The notes below the pieces were generated by a model that made no database searches, was not told where the DNA came from, and saw nothing but the letters and a program-made list of their open reading frames with translations. Source: an uncultured Solirubrobacteraceae bacterium (GTDB taxonomy: Bacteria > Actinomycetota > Thermoleophilia > Solirubrobacterales > Solirubrobacteraceae). Taken from it: 64,000 bases of DNA. Made by a program: the position numbers and the translations under genes. Location of the stretch: assembly GCA_963743985.1 (NCBI GenBank), contig CAVUSD010000031.1:28136-92135 (forward strand), read 5' to 3'. Below are positions 18,365-27,909 of the stretch, in pieces (position 1 is the first letter of the stretch; each line of letters starts with the position of its first letter).

Positions 18365-19209
18365 GTCGCTGCTCCTGGCCCGACGACCGCGTCGTCACTC
18401 CAGTCATACGCGCTCGGCACGCGGCGCGGCAGCGTCGGCAACTGGGCGCGAATCCGGCGCAGGGCCGCGAAGTCGAGCTCGGCCACGATCACGCCCTCGT
18501 CGTCGGCGGCCCCGGCCAGCACCACCCCCCAGGGGTCGATGATCAGCGACCGCCCGCCCGACCGCAGCCCGCCGGGGTGATCCCCGATCTGGTTGGGCGC
18601 GACGACGAAGCACTGGTTCTCGATCGCGCGAGCGCGCAGCAGCGTCTCCCAGTGGTCGCGCGTCGTACGGAGCGTGAACGCACTCGGAACCGTCAGCAGC
18701 TGCGCGCCTCGCAACGCCAGGATCCGGTACAGCTCCGGGTAACGCAGGTCGAAGCAGATGCTCAGCCCGGCCGTGACCCCGGACTCGAGCGTTGTCGTGA
18801 CGATCGCCTCACCCGGCGCGTAGGTGCTCGCCTCGCCGTACACGCCACCGTCGATCTCGACGTCGAACAGGTGGATCTTGCGGTAGATCGCCGCGATCTC
18901 TCCCCGCGGATCGACGTGGACGCTCGCGTTGGAGAGCAGCTCGACGCCGGCGGTGCGCTCGCTGAACGATCCCGCCACCAGATCGACGCCGAGCTCGGCA
19001 GCAGTCGCGCGCGCCCACGAGATCGCCTGGCCGTCAAGCGTCTGCGCGCCTGCGATCATCTGCTCACGCGCGCCCATCACCGTCCACGTCTCCGGCAGCA
19101 CCACCAGCTCGGCGCCGAGGCCGGCGGCGCGGCGCACCAGCCGGTCGGCGGTCTGCAGGTTGCGCTCGACGTCGTCTGTGGCGTTCAGTTGAATCGCTGC
19201 GGCGCGCAC
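18361..19209 (-). CDS. Carbon-nitrogen hydrolase (Nit1 / deaminated glutathione amidase-like)
   Basis: LPE, YRKIHLFD, ICFDLRYPE, ARAIENQ. GTG 19209 has the RBS GGAGAGGAG. Confidence 0.9.
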   Translation of the reverse strand: MRAAAIQLNATDDVERNLQTADRLVRRAAGLGAELVVLPETWTVMGAREQMIAGAQTLDGQAISWARATAAELGVDLVAGSFSERTAGVELLSNASVHVDPRGEIAAIYRKIHLFDVEIDGGVYGEASTYAPGEAIVTTTLESGVTAGLSICFDLRYPELYRILALRGAQLLTVPSAFTLRTTRDHWETLLRARAIENQCFVVAPNQIGDHPGGLRSGGRSLIIDPWGVVLAGAADDEGVIVAELDFAALRRIRAQLPTLPRRVPSAYDWSDDAVVGPGAAT

Positions 19210-19235
19210 GGTCGCTCCTCTCCAGGGTGAGCCGA

Positions 19236-19251
19236 TTGACGAGTCAGTCAA
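19236..19251. promoter_or_regulatory. Palindromic operator TTGAC-N6-GTCAA in the divergent promoter region
   Basis: ttgacgagtcagtcaa between the nitrilase-TetR operon and the DUF2804 gene. Confidence 0.6.
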
Positions 19252-19267
19252 CGATAGCGTTGGGCCG

Positions 19268-20138
19268 ATGAGCCATCGCGGACACGCTATCGCCCTGGCG
19301 ACGTTGCCCCACCGCGGCCGGTTCGGCGATGCGCGACCGGCCGCGCTCGACGGTCTGGCGCTCCCGCCGAGCGCGATGCCGGGGCGGTTCGGCAGCCGGC
19401 CGCTGAAGGCCTGGCGCTACGTCGGCGTGTTCGGCCCCGAGCTCATGTTGTGCGCCGCAGCCGTGCGGATCGGTCGCGCGCGCCAGTCGTTCTGGGCGGT
19501 CTGGGATCGTCGCGACGGCCGCCTGCATGAGCGCACGGCGCTCGGTCGAGCCGGGGTCGAGCTGCGCAGCCGGAGCGTGTCGGTGCGCTCCCAGCGACGT
19601 CCGGATCGAGCTGGTGCTGGACGAGCAGCCCGGCGTCGAGAGCGTCTGCCGGAGCGGCGACGCCTACGGCTGGACGCGCAAGCAGGGTGGCGTCGCGGCC
19701 CAGGGTACGGTCACGCTGCCCGGCGCCGAACCGGTTGCCCTCGGCGGACACGCGGTGATCGACGACACCGCCGCCTACTACGAGAGACACACCCGCTGGC
19801 GCTGGTCGGCCGGGGCCGGCGATGCGGTCGACGGCCGCCAGGTGGCGTGGAGCCTCGTGGAGGGCGTCAACGACCCCGTGAGCGGCTCCGAGCGCACCGT
19901 CTGGGTCGACGGCGAACCGTCCGAGCCACCGCCGGTGGCTTTCCTCGATGACCTGTCCGGCGTCGGCGGACTCCGTTTCCATGCCGAGGCGACACGCGAG
20001 CGCCGGGAGAACCTGCTGCTGATCCGCAGCCGCTACCGCCAGCCGTTCGGCACGTTCAGCGGGTCGCTGCCGGGTCCGGAGCCGATCGAGCTCGCCCACG
20101 GGTTCGGCGTGATGGAGGATCACGACGTCTGGTGGTGA
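19268..20138 (+). pseudogene. DUF2804-like protein interrupted by a 1-nt insertion near 19590-19592
   Basis: N-half in ORF 19268 (LKAWRYVG...SVSVRS), C-half in ORF 19527 (SDVRIEL...WRWSAGAG...SRYRQPFGTFSG...GVMEDHDVWW). Deleting one C joins them. Confidence 0.75.
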
Positions 20139-20153
20139 CTCGTCGGGTCGCGG

Positions 20154-20843
20154 TCACGCTCCGGAGCGCTGACGGCGCAGCTCGGCCGACAGCAGCTTGG
20201 AGTGCATCGCGCCGACCAGCTCACGCATCGGCTCGGCTCCCGAGGCGACGATCTGAGCGGCCCGCTCGACGTCTGACTCCCCCGACAGCCGGGCCAGGAG
20301 GACCGAGACCTCGTCACGGACCAGCGGCTCGAGCGCATCGCGGTAACGCAGCACGTCGTACACGGTGAAGCCGAGCGCCTGCTCGTAGCCACCCGCCCGA
20401 AACCGGGAGATCGCCTCGATGATCGCGACGTCGTCGGCGTCGTAGCCGCGGCGGGTCGGGCTGAGCACCTCGAGTTCCTCCAGGCGCGCCAGCGCGTTGG
20501 CGGGCAGCCCGTAGGTCTCCCGCACGACCGTCCGTGAGACGCGGCCGCGTTCGCGCAGCTCAGCCGCGCGCTCGGCGATCCGGTCCTCGAGTGCGACCAG
20601 CCGGACGGCGCGCTCGGGATCGGAGGCGATCAGCTCGCGGATCACGCGCAGCGGCATGAAGCGCTGCTCCTGCAAGCGCTTGACGAGCTGGATCCGCTCG
20701 ACGAACGACTCCGGATACCAGGCCATGTTCCGGCTCGTGCGCACGACTTCCCGGTCAGGCCCGAGCACCCCCTCGCGCAGATAGTGCTTGATCGTGCCGG
20801 CGCTCACGCCCGAACGCTGCGCGAGCTCAGACATCTTCAGCAT
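20154..20843 (-). CDS. MerR family transcriptional regulator
   Basis: MLKMSELAQRSGVSAGTIKHYLREGVL...RNMAWY...PLRVIRELI. Confidence 0.88.
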   Translation of the reverse strand: MLKMSELAQRSGVSAGTIKHYLREGVLGPDREVVRTSRNMAWYPESFVERIQLVKRLQEQRFMPLRVIRELIASDPERAVRLVALEDRIAERAAELRERGRVSRTVVRETYGLPANALARLEELEVLSPTRRGYDADDVAIIEAISRFRAGGYEQALGFTVYDVLRYRDALEPLVRDEVSVLLARLSGESDVERAAQIVASGAEPMRELVGAMHSKLLSAELRRQRSGA

Positions 20844-20860
20844 CCCGGAATCGGGCACGG

Positions 20861-22096
20861 TCAGCCCGACATGAAGCTGGCGCCCGCCCCCGGCTGCTGC
20901 GCCCCGGCGACGGCGCCCTGCTGGTGCAGCTGCGCGATCTCCGCGGCGTCGTAGCCGGCCCCGGCGAGCACCTCGTCGGTGTGCTCGCCCAACGCCGGTC
21001 CGGGGGCGCGGGTCGGATCTCCCGGGGTGCGACCGAGCTTGATCGGCACCCCCAGCAGCGCCACCGGACGGGTGGCCCCCGGCTGCGCGAGCGTGACGAC
21101 CATCTCGCGTGCCCGGACGAGCTCGGACTCGAGCGTTTCGTCGAGCCCGAGCACCGGCTCCAGACAGCAGTCGTGGACCTCCGCGAACTGGGCCCACTCA
21201 TCGCGCGTGCGCGACCGGAAGATCTGACAGACAGCCTCGTGCGACGTCGAGCCGGGCGGGTCGAACGCGTTGCCGAGCAGGTCGGCGCGGTCGACGCCGT
21301 CGCACCAGGCCTTCCAGAACTTCGGCTCGAGCGCCCCCAGCGCGACCCATCCGTCCTCGCACTCATACGGCCGATAGCAGTTGAAGCGGCCGGCCAGCGG
21401 CAGTTCGCCCCGCGCCGGCTGGTGCCCGGACGCGAGCATCTCAGCTGCCACCAAGCCCAGCCACGACAGCGCGCCGTCGAACATCGAGCAGTCGACGAAC
21501 TGACCCTCGCCCGAGCGGTCGCGCTCACGCAGCGCGATCAGGATTCCGACCGCACCCATCAGCGCGCCGCCGCCGATGTCGGCGATCTGCCCGCCGGCTT
21601 GGATCGGCGGGCCACCTGATTCGCCGGTCAGCCCCAGCAACCCGCCGAGCGCCAGGTAGTTGATGTCGTGACCGGCGCGGTCACGGTAGGGGCCGTCCTG
21701 TCCGTAGCCGGTGATCGAGCAGTAGACCAAGCCCGGGTTCTCCTGGCGCAGGCGGTCGTAGCCGACCCCGAGCCGATCCATCACACCGGGGCGAAACGAC
21801 TCCAGCAGCACGTCGGCCGAGCGGACCAGCGCCAGCAGCACCTCGGCGCCGCGCTCTGACTTCAGATCGATCCGGATCGAGCGCTTGCCACGGTTGAGCG
21901 CCAGGAACAACGCGCCGCCGGCGCTCTCGGCCGCGCCCTCGTAGTGCGGCGGCGCCCAGCGCATGTAATCGCCGGCGCCGGTGTCTTCGACCTTGATCAC
22001 GTCGGCGCCGAAGTCAGACAGCAGGCAGGAGCAGAATCCCCCCGGCAGCAACCGGCTGAGGTCCAAGACCGTGATGCCCGCCAGCGGCAGGCTCAC
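20861..22096 (-). CDS. CaiB/BaiF family III CoA-transferase
   Basis: [34 protein letters not shown]. Confidence 0.95.
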   Translation of the reverse strand: MSLPLAGITVLDLSRLLPGGFCSCLLSDFGADVIKVEDTGAGDYMRWAPPHYEGAAESAGGALFLALNRGKRSIRIDLKSERGAEVLLALVRSADVLLESFRPGVMDRLGVGYDRLRQENPGLVYCSITGYGQDGPYRDRAGHDINYLALGGLLGLTGESGGPPIQAGGQIADIGGGALMGAVGILIALRERDRSGEGQFVDCSMFDGALSWLGLVAAEMLASGHQPARGELPLAGRFNCYRPYECEDGWVALGALEPKFWKAWCDGVDRADLLGNAFDPPGSTSHEAVCQIFRSRTRDEWAQFAEVHDCCLEPVLGLDETLESELVRAREMVVTLAQPGATRPVALLGVPIKLGRTPGDPTRAPGPALGEHTDEVLAGAGYDAAEIAQLHQQGAVAGAQQPGAGASFMSG

Positions 22097-22999
22097 GCGA
22101 CCGACTCACTCGCGACCGGAGCCGGCGTGAGACCGAGCAGCGCGCGGGCCTCGGCGACCGTCGCCGGCCGTCGCCCGCAGTCCTCGCACAGCCGCCGCGC
22201 GCGGGCGACGAGGTCGCCGTTGGAGCGCGCCATCGTGCCGTCGGGCAGATAGAAGTTGTCCTCGAGCCCGACCCGGACCGAGCCGCCGAGCGTCAGCGCC
22301 GCGGCGACCATCCGCCACTGGACGCGGCCGATCCCGATCACCCCCCAGTGATGCTTGTGGTCCTGCCATGCCTCGGCCAGCGTCTCGGCCATCCGCGCGA
22401 GGTCGCGGGTCGTGGCCGGCACCCCGCCGAGCACGCCCATCACGAAGTCGGCGTGCAGCGGGGCGTCGAGCAGGCCCATCTCGACCAGCGGTGCCAGCGA
22501 CGCGACGTGGCCGACGTCGAAACACTCGTGCTCGGGCTTGATCGACAGTTCGCGCATCGCCCGCAACAGCTCGACGATCTCGTCGAACGGGTTGGCGAAC
22601 ACGAACGAGAACACGAAGTCCTGGCGCGATCGCGAGTACTTGGCGTAGTTCAGCGAGCCCATGTTCAGCGCCGCGACGGCGGGGCGGCCGGCGCGCAGAT
22701 AGTCGACCCGCTGTCGCGACCGGGACGCCGACGGCCCCGGTCGAGAAGTTGATGATCGCGGCGTCGCCGATCTCGGACACGATCGCGTCGCGGATCGCCA
22801 TGAAGTCGTCGACCGCGTAGCTGGGCGCGCCGTCGGGCGAGCGGGCATGGATGTGGATGTGGACACCGCCCTCGTCGACGATCCGCCGCGCCTCGGCGGC
22901 GTACTCGGCGGGCGTGTACGGGATCGCCGGGCACTGCTCGCGGTTCGCCAGCGCACCGGAGATCGCGCAGGTGACGACGGCGGGGTCGTCGACGCTCAT
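22093..22999 (-). pseudogene. Beta-keto acid cleavage enzyme (BKACE/DUF849/Kce family) interrupted by a 1-nt insertion near 22714
   Basis: N-half TCAISGA..P.IPYTP..HIHAR..STG; C-half LNMGS..KPEHECFD..VRVGLED. Removing base 22714 gives GVPVAQRVDYL. Confidence 0.85.
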
Positions 23000-24558
23000 A
23001 CCGGCACGATCCCCGAGCGCTTGAACGGACGCTCGACCCGCTTGCCCGCCGCCATCTCCAGCGCCCGGCAGATCGTCGCGCGCGTCTCCCGGGGGTCGAT
23101 CACGTCATCGATCATGTCGTTGCCGGCCGCGACGTAGACATCGATGATCTTGCGGAAGTTCTCGATCAGCTCGGCGCGTTTGGCGGCCGGATCCTCGGCC
23201 TCCTCGACCTGCTTGCGGAAGATGATCTCGACCGCGCCCTCGGCGCCCATCACGCTGATCTCGGCGCTCGGCCAGGCGACGATCAGGTCGGGCTCGAAGG
23301 CGCGACCGCACATCACGTAGTAGCCGGCGCCGTAGGCCTTGCGGAGCACGACCGTGACCTTCGGCACGGTCGCGTTGGCGGTCGCGTACAGCATCTTGGC
23401 GCCGTGGCGGATGATCCCCGCCTCCTCGACCTTGGTCCCGACCATGAATCCGGGCACGTCCATCAGGTAGACGAGCGGGATCCCGTAGGCGTTGCAGAGG
23501 TTGATGAACCGCGCCGCCTTGTCGGCCGAATCGTTGTCGAGGATCCCGCCCAGGTGTCTCGGCTGGTTGGCGACGATCCCCGCCGGGCGGCCACCGAACC
23601 GCGCCAGACAGGTGATGATCGTCTTCGCGAACTGGGGCTTCAAATCGAAGTAGTCGCCGTCGTCGACGATCCGGCGGATCACCTCGTACATGTCGTACGG
23701 CTTGCGGTTGGACTCGGGCAGCACGTCGAGCAGTTCCTCGTCGGCGCGGTCGACCGGGTCGGACGTCTCGCGCAGGGGCGGCGGCTGCTCGCAGTGCGAC
23801 GGGAAGAAGCTCAGGTAGCGCTTGATCTGCTCGATGCAGTCGGGGTCATCGGCAACTTCGAGGTCGCCCACCCCGGACTTGCGACAGTGGACCCGTGAGC
23901 CGCCGAGCTGTTCCTGGGTGACGTCCTCCCCGATCGCGGCGCGCACCAGGTGCGGGCCGGCCAGCGCCATCGAGCCGCGCCCGCGCACCATCGGCACGAA
24001 ATCGGCCAGCCCCGGGATGTACGCGGTGCCCGCCGCGCAGGGCCCCATCAGCGCCGCGACCTGAGGGATCACGCCGGAGTTGATCACCTCCTCGCGGAAC
24101 AGGTGGCCGGTCTGGGCGAACAGCGAACCGACGGCTTCCTGGATCCGGGCGCCGGCGGAGTCCAGCAGCCAGATCAGCGGGATCCGCTTGGTCAGCGCGA
24201 GCTCCCGCAGGCGCGTCACCTTCAGCTCGCCGGTCATCCCCATCGACCCGGCCATCACCGTGAAGTCATAGGCGACGACCGCGGCCGGGCGACCGTCGAT
24301 GCTGCCGTACCCCGTGATCACGCCATCGGCCGGGGCCTCGCGGCCGTCCATCGCGCGTTGCGAGAAATGCGGGCGGCCGTGGATCCCGAGCTCGGTGAAC
24401 GTCCCATCATCGATCAACAGATCGATCCGCTCGCGGGCCGTCAGCTTCCCGGCCGCGTGCTGCACGTCGATCTTCGCCTGTCCACCGCCGTGCCGCAGCT
24501 GCTCACGCCGCGCGGCGAGGTCATCGGCCAACGGCCGCAGCAGGGATGTCGATGACAT
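22996..24558 (-). CDS. Acyl-CoA carboxylase carboxyltransferase (beta) subunit
   Basis: GKLTARERI, DFTVMAGSMG, DSAGARIQE, DVPGFMVG, RKAYGAGY. Confidence 0.95.
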   Translation of the reverse strand: MSSTSLLRPLADDLAARREQLRHGGGQAKIDVQHAAGKLTARERIDLLIDDGTFTELGIHGRPHFSQRAMDGREAPADGVITGYGSIDGRPAAVVAYDFTVMAGSMGMTGELKVTRLRELALTKRIPLIWLLDSAGARIQEAVGSLFAQTGHLFREEVINSGVIPQVAALMGPCAAGTAYIPGLADFVPMVRGRGSMALAGPHLVRAAIGEDVTQEQLGGSRVHCRKSGVGDLEVADDPDCIEQIKRYLSFFPSHCEQPPPLRETSDPVDRADEELLDVLPESNRKPYDMYEVIRRIVDDGDYFDLKPQFAKTIITCLARFGGRPAGIVANQPRHLGGILDNDSADKAARFINLCNAYGIPLVYLMDVPGFMVGTKVEEAGIIRHGAKMLYATANATVPKVTVVLRKAYGAGYYVMCGRAFEPDLIVAWPSAEISVMGAEGAVEIIFRKQVEEAEDPAAKRAELIENFRKIIDVYVAAGNDMIDDVIDPRETRATICRALEMAAGKRVERPFKRSGIVPV

Positions 24559-24578
24559 GTCGGTGGCCACGGCGATGA

Positions 24579-24607
24579 TGGGAAGTAGTACGTCCCACTC
24601 CCCACTT
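24579..24607 (-). promoter_or_regulatory. Palindromic operator (AGTGG-N6-CTACT core), copy upstream of the carboxyltransferase operon
   Basis: Minus strand AAGTGGGGAGTGGGACGTACTACTTCCCA; 20/29 identical to 26350-26378. Confidence 0.6.
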
Positions 24608-24612
24608 TGCCA

Positions 24613-24639
24613 GGTTTGCCGCGACCGGTCAAAGGGTAG
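24613..24639 (+). promoter_or_regulatory. SigB/SigF-like promoter GGTTT-N16-GGGTAG
   Basis: ggtttgccgcgaccggtcaaagggtag, 11 nt upstream of the lipoprotein GTG. Confidence 0.55.
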
Positions 24640-24650
24640 GTCGGACGCTG

Positions 24651-25532
24651 GTGAGACTGAGATCCAGTGTGATGGCCGCCGTAGCTGCCGCGATCGTGAC
24701 CGCGCTCGCGGGCTGTGGCTCGAGCGGCACCGCATCAAAGACACCCACCAGCGGCGGGTCGTCTGACGCCGGCTCCGCGGTCGTCAGAGCGGCCGACGTC
24801 ACCGGCTCGAGCAGCGGGTACCGGTTCCAGGCCACGATGCGTATCACCGGCGCCACCTCGCTGCACGCGACGATGTCGGGCACGATCCTCGGTTCCGAGA
24901 ACCGGGGCGAGCTGGCGTTGCGCGAGAGCGTTCTCGGCCACTCGGTGAACGTCGCCGAGCGCTTCTCGGGCAAGACGTACTGGGTCTCGGTGACCGGCAT
25001 CCCGGGTGCCTCGACACTGACCAGCAAACCGTGGCTGAAGTACAACCTCGACTCGACGCTCAGCCAGCTCGGTATCGGCGGGTTGCCCAGCGGCGGCTCG
25101 GACCCGACCCAGTTTCTCACCTATCTGAAGGCCGCCGGCGCCCAGACCCAGACGCTCGGAACCCAGACGATCCGTGGAGTCGCCACCACGCACTACGGCG
25201 TGAGCGTCGACCTCAACAACTATGCGCGGCTCGTCCCGGCCGCCGATCGGACGGCGGCACGCGCCTCGATCCGGCGGTTGATCGCAACGGTGGGCTCCAG
25301 CACGCTGCGTATGCAGGTCTGGATCGACCATCGCAACCTCGCGCGCCGCCTGTATCTGTCGTTCCCGGAATGTGTCTCACAACAGCACCTGCACCTCGGG
25401 ATGACGATCGATCTGTTCGATTTCGGCACCAAGGCGACGGTCACGCTGCCGACCGATGCCGAGAGCTACGACATCACCTCGTTGGTCGGCCAGACGCTGG
25501 CCAAGCAGAAGCTCGGCTGCACCGCGTCGTAG
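24651..25532 (+). CDS. Lipoprotein, LppX/LprAFG-like
   Basis: Lipobox LAGC; DPTQFLTYL, G.QTIRGVATTHY, QVWID, FDFG. Confidence 0.75.
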   Translation: MRLRSSVMAAVAAAIVTALAGCGSSGTASKTPTSGGSSDAGSAVVRAADVTGSSSGYRFQATMRITGATSLHATMSGTILGSENRGELALRESVLGHSVNVAERFSGKTYWVSVTGIPGASTLTSKPWLKYNLDSTLSQLGIGGLPSGGSDPTQFLTYLKAAGAQTQTLGTQTIRGVATTHYGVSVDLNNYARLVPAADRTAARASIRRLIATVGSSTLRMQVWIDHRNLARRLYLSFPECVSQQHLHLGMTIDLFDFGTKATVTLPTDAESYDITSLVGQTLAKQKLGCTAS

Positions 25533-25538
25533 CCCGGG

Positions 25539-26324
25539 TTATCGGCCCGTCCACTCCGGATCGCGCTTCTCGAAGAACGCCCGCACGCCCTCCTGGATGT
25601 CCTCGGTGCTGAACGCGATCGTCAGCTGCGAGCGCAGGAACGCGATCGCGTCGTCGAGCGCCATGTCCTGCTGGCGGTACATCGCGTCCTTGCCGAGCTT
25701 CATCAGCACCGGCGACTTGGCGGCCAGCTTGACCGCCCATGCGTCGACCGTGTCGTTCAGTGCGTCGGCGGCGACAACGCGGTTGACGATCCCGATCCGC
25801 TCGGCCTCGACGGCTGAGATCTGCTCGCCCAGCAACATCAGCTCCGCCGTCTTCTTGGCACCGACGTTCCGATAGATCAGCGCCATGATCATGAACGGGA
25901 ACAGCCCGACGTTGATCTCCGGCGTGCCGAACCGGGCGGCGTCGGACGCGACGATCAGATCGCACGCCAACGCCAGTCCGAGCGCCCCCGCCAGCACATG
26001 GCCGTTGGCGGCGCAGATCGAGGGTTTGCCGAGCTCGCCGAGCGCCCGGAACACCGCCGGGAACCGCTCGTTGGCGACGTGCTTGGCCACCAGCGGCAAC
26101 TCGGCCGAGAACCCGGTCAGATTGCCGCCGCTGGAGAACACGCGGTCGTGGGTCGAGGTCAGCACCAGGCAGCGGGCGCGTGGATCGTCTCTGACCGTGC
26201 CCAGCGCGTCCAGCAGCTCGCCCAGCAGCTCGTCAGACAGGGCGTTGCGGGTCTCGGGCTGATCGAGCGCGATCGTCGCCACGCCACTCGCAGCCAGCTC
26301 GTAGGTGATCGTGCGATAGCTCAT
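25539..26324 (-). CDS. Enoyl-CoA hydratase/isomerase family protein
   Basis: RNALS, FSSGGNL, FGTPEINVG, EGVRAFFEKRDPEW. Confidence 0.93.
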   Translation of the reverse strand: MSYRTITYELAASGVATIALDQPETRNALSDELLGELLDALGTVRDDPRARCLVLTSTHDRVFSSGGNLTGFSAELPLVAKHVANERFPAVFRALGELGKPSICAANGHVLAGALGLALACDLIVASDAARFGTPEINVGLFPFMIMALIYRNVGAKKTAELMLLGEQISAVEAERIGIVNRVVAADALNDTVDAWAVKLAAKSPVLMKLGKDAMYRQQDMALDDAIAFLRSQLTIAFSTEDIQEGVRAFFEKRDPEWTGR

Positions 26325-26349
26325 CGGCCGACAGCCTACGCGGACGCCG

Positions 26350-26381
26350 AAGTGAAGAGTGGAAAGCTCTACTGTTCACTT
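26350..26381 (+). promoter_or_regulatory. Palindromic operator in the divergent ECH/ACAD promoter
   Basis: AAGTGAAGAGTGG-aaagct-CTACTGTTCACTT. Confidence 0.6.
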
Positions 26382-26422
26382 TGAGAGCAACCGCCCTGCC
26401 GTTTTCAGTCCAGGAGAGATCG

Positions 26423-27613
26423 ATGGCCACCTCCGACGTGATCAAGCCCGACCACGGGTCCGCCCGCAGGCACTTCATCTTCACCGAAGAGCACGAGCAG
26501 CTGCGGGAGTCGATCCACCGGTTCGTCGTCGCCGAGCTCCAGCCCCATGCCGAGGAGTGGGAGGAGACGACGTTCCCGGACTCGGTGTTCACGCGGATGG
26601 GCGAGCTCGGGTTCCTCGGTCTGGACAAGCCCGAGCAGTACGGCGGTCAGGGCGGCGACTACTACACGAGCCTGGTTCTGGCCGAGGAGCTCGCGCACGC
26701 GCACTCGGGCGGCCTGGTGATGGGCGTCGCGGTCCACACCGACATGGCGATGCCGCCGATCCTGGCGTTCGGCACCGAGGAGCAGAAGCAGCAGTGGGTG
26801 GTGCCGGCGATCGCCGGGCAGAAGATCCTCTGCCTGGGCATCACCGAGCCCGACGCGGGCTCTGACGTCTCCGGGATCAAGACCCGCGCGATGCACGACC
26901 CCGATGCCGGCGAGTACGTGATCAACGGCTCGAAGACCTACATCACCAATGGCCACCGCGCCGACGCGATCGTGCTCGTCACCAAAACGGATGTCGACGC
27001 CGGCTACGACGGCTTCACGCTGTTCCTGGTGCCGATGGATGCGCCGGGCGTGACCCGGGAGAAGCGGCTGAAGAAGCTCGGGATGCACGCCTCCGACACG
27101 GCGCTGCTGGCCTTCCAGGACGTCCGCGTGCCCGAGTCGGCGGTCCTCGGCCAGATCGGCAAGGGCTTCTACCACATCATGTGGGAGCTCCAGGGCGAGC
27201 GCCTGATCGGCGCCGCCGGTGCCGTCGCCGGCGCCCAGAACGTGTTCGACCGCACCCTGCAGTACGCCAGCGAACGCAAGGCGTTCGGTCGGGAGATCGG
27301 CCACTTCCAGGTGATCCGTCACAAGTTCGCCGAGATGGCCACCAAGATCGAGACCGCCCGTCAGCTCGTCTACACGACCGCCTGGCGCTTTCAGAACGGC
27401 GAGTACCCGGTGCGGGAGATCTCGATGGCCAAGTTGCACGCGTCGCGGATCGCCGTCGAGGTCGCCGACGAGTGCATCCAGATCCACGGCGGCGCCGGCT
27501 ACATGCAGGAGTACGGCATCGAGCGCGTCTGGCGTGACATGCGTCTGAATCGGATCGGCGCCGGCACCGACGAGATCATGCTCGACGTGATCGGCCGTTC
27601 GTACGGGCTCTGA
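26423..27613 (+). CDS. Acyl-CoA dehydrogenase
   Basis: ITEPDAGSD, NGSKTYITNG, QIHGGAGY, IGAGTDEI. Confidence 0.96.
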   Translation: MATSDVIKPDHGSARRHFIFTEEHEQLRESIHRFVVAELQPHAEEWEETTFPDSVFTRMGELGFLGLDKPEQYGGQGGDYYTSLVLAEELAHAHSGGLVMGVAVHTDMAMPPILAFGTEEQKQQWVVPAIAGQKILCLGITEPDAGSDVSGIKTRAMHDPDAGEYVINGSKTYITNGHRADAIVLVTKTDVDAGYDGFTLFLVPMDAPGVTREKRLKKLGMHASDTALLAFQDVRVPESAVLGQIGKGFYHIMWELQGERLIGAAGAVAGAQNVFDRTLQYASERKAFGREIGHFQVIRHKFAEMATKIETARQLVYTTAWRFQNGEYPVREISMAKLHASRIAVEVADECIQIHGGAGYMQEYGIERVWRDMRLNRIGAGTDEIMLDVIGRSYGL

Positions 27614-27670
27614 CCGCCGCCGTCGTACACCAGGAGTAGCGTTCTCGGCGAACCGACCGAGGAGGGCGAG

Positions 27671-27889
27671 ATGGCAGACGTGCAGGTCACAATCACCGAG
27701 AACGGCCCGTACAAGGTGACGGGCGCGATCGACCTTTTCGATGCCGGGGGCGAACCCGTGGCGACGCAGGGCTCAGCGGTGTTCCTCTGCCGCTGTGGCG
27801 GATCGACGAACAAGCCGTTCTGCGACGGCACCCATTCGAAGGTCGGCTTCGAGGGTGCGATCGCGGCGGTCCAGGAGGCGGACGGCTGA
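27671..27889 (+). CDS. CDGSH iron-sulfur domain protein
   Basis: NGPY, LCRCGGSTNKPFCDGTH; RBS GGAGG. Confidence 0.93.
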   Translation: MADVQVTITENGPYKVTGAIDLFDAGGEPVATQGSAVFLCRCGGSTNKPFCDGTHSKVGFEGAIAAVQEADG

Positions 27890-27909
27890 CCGGCCGAGGC
27901 CGCAATGAG

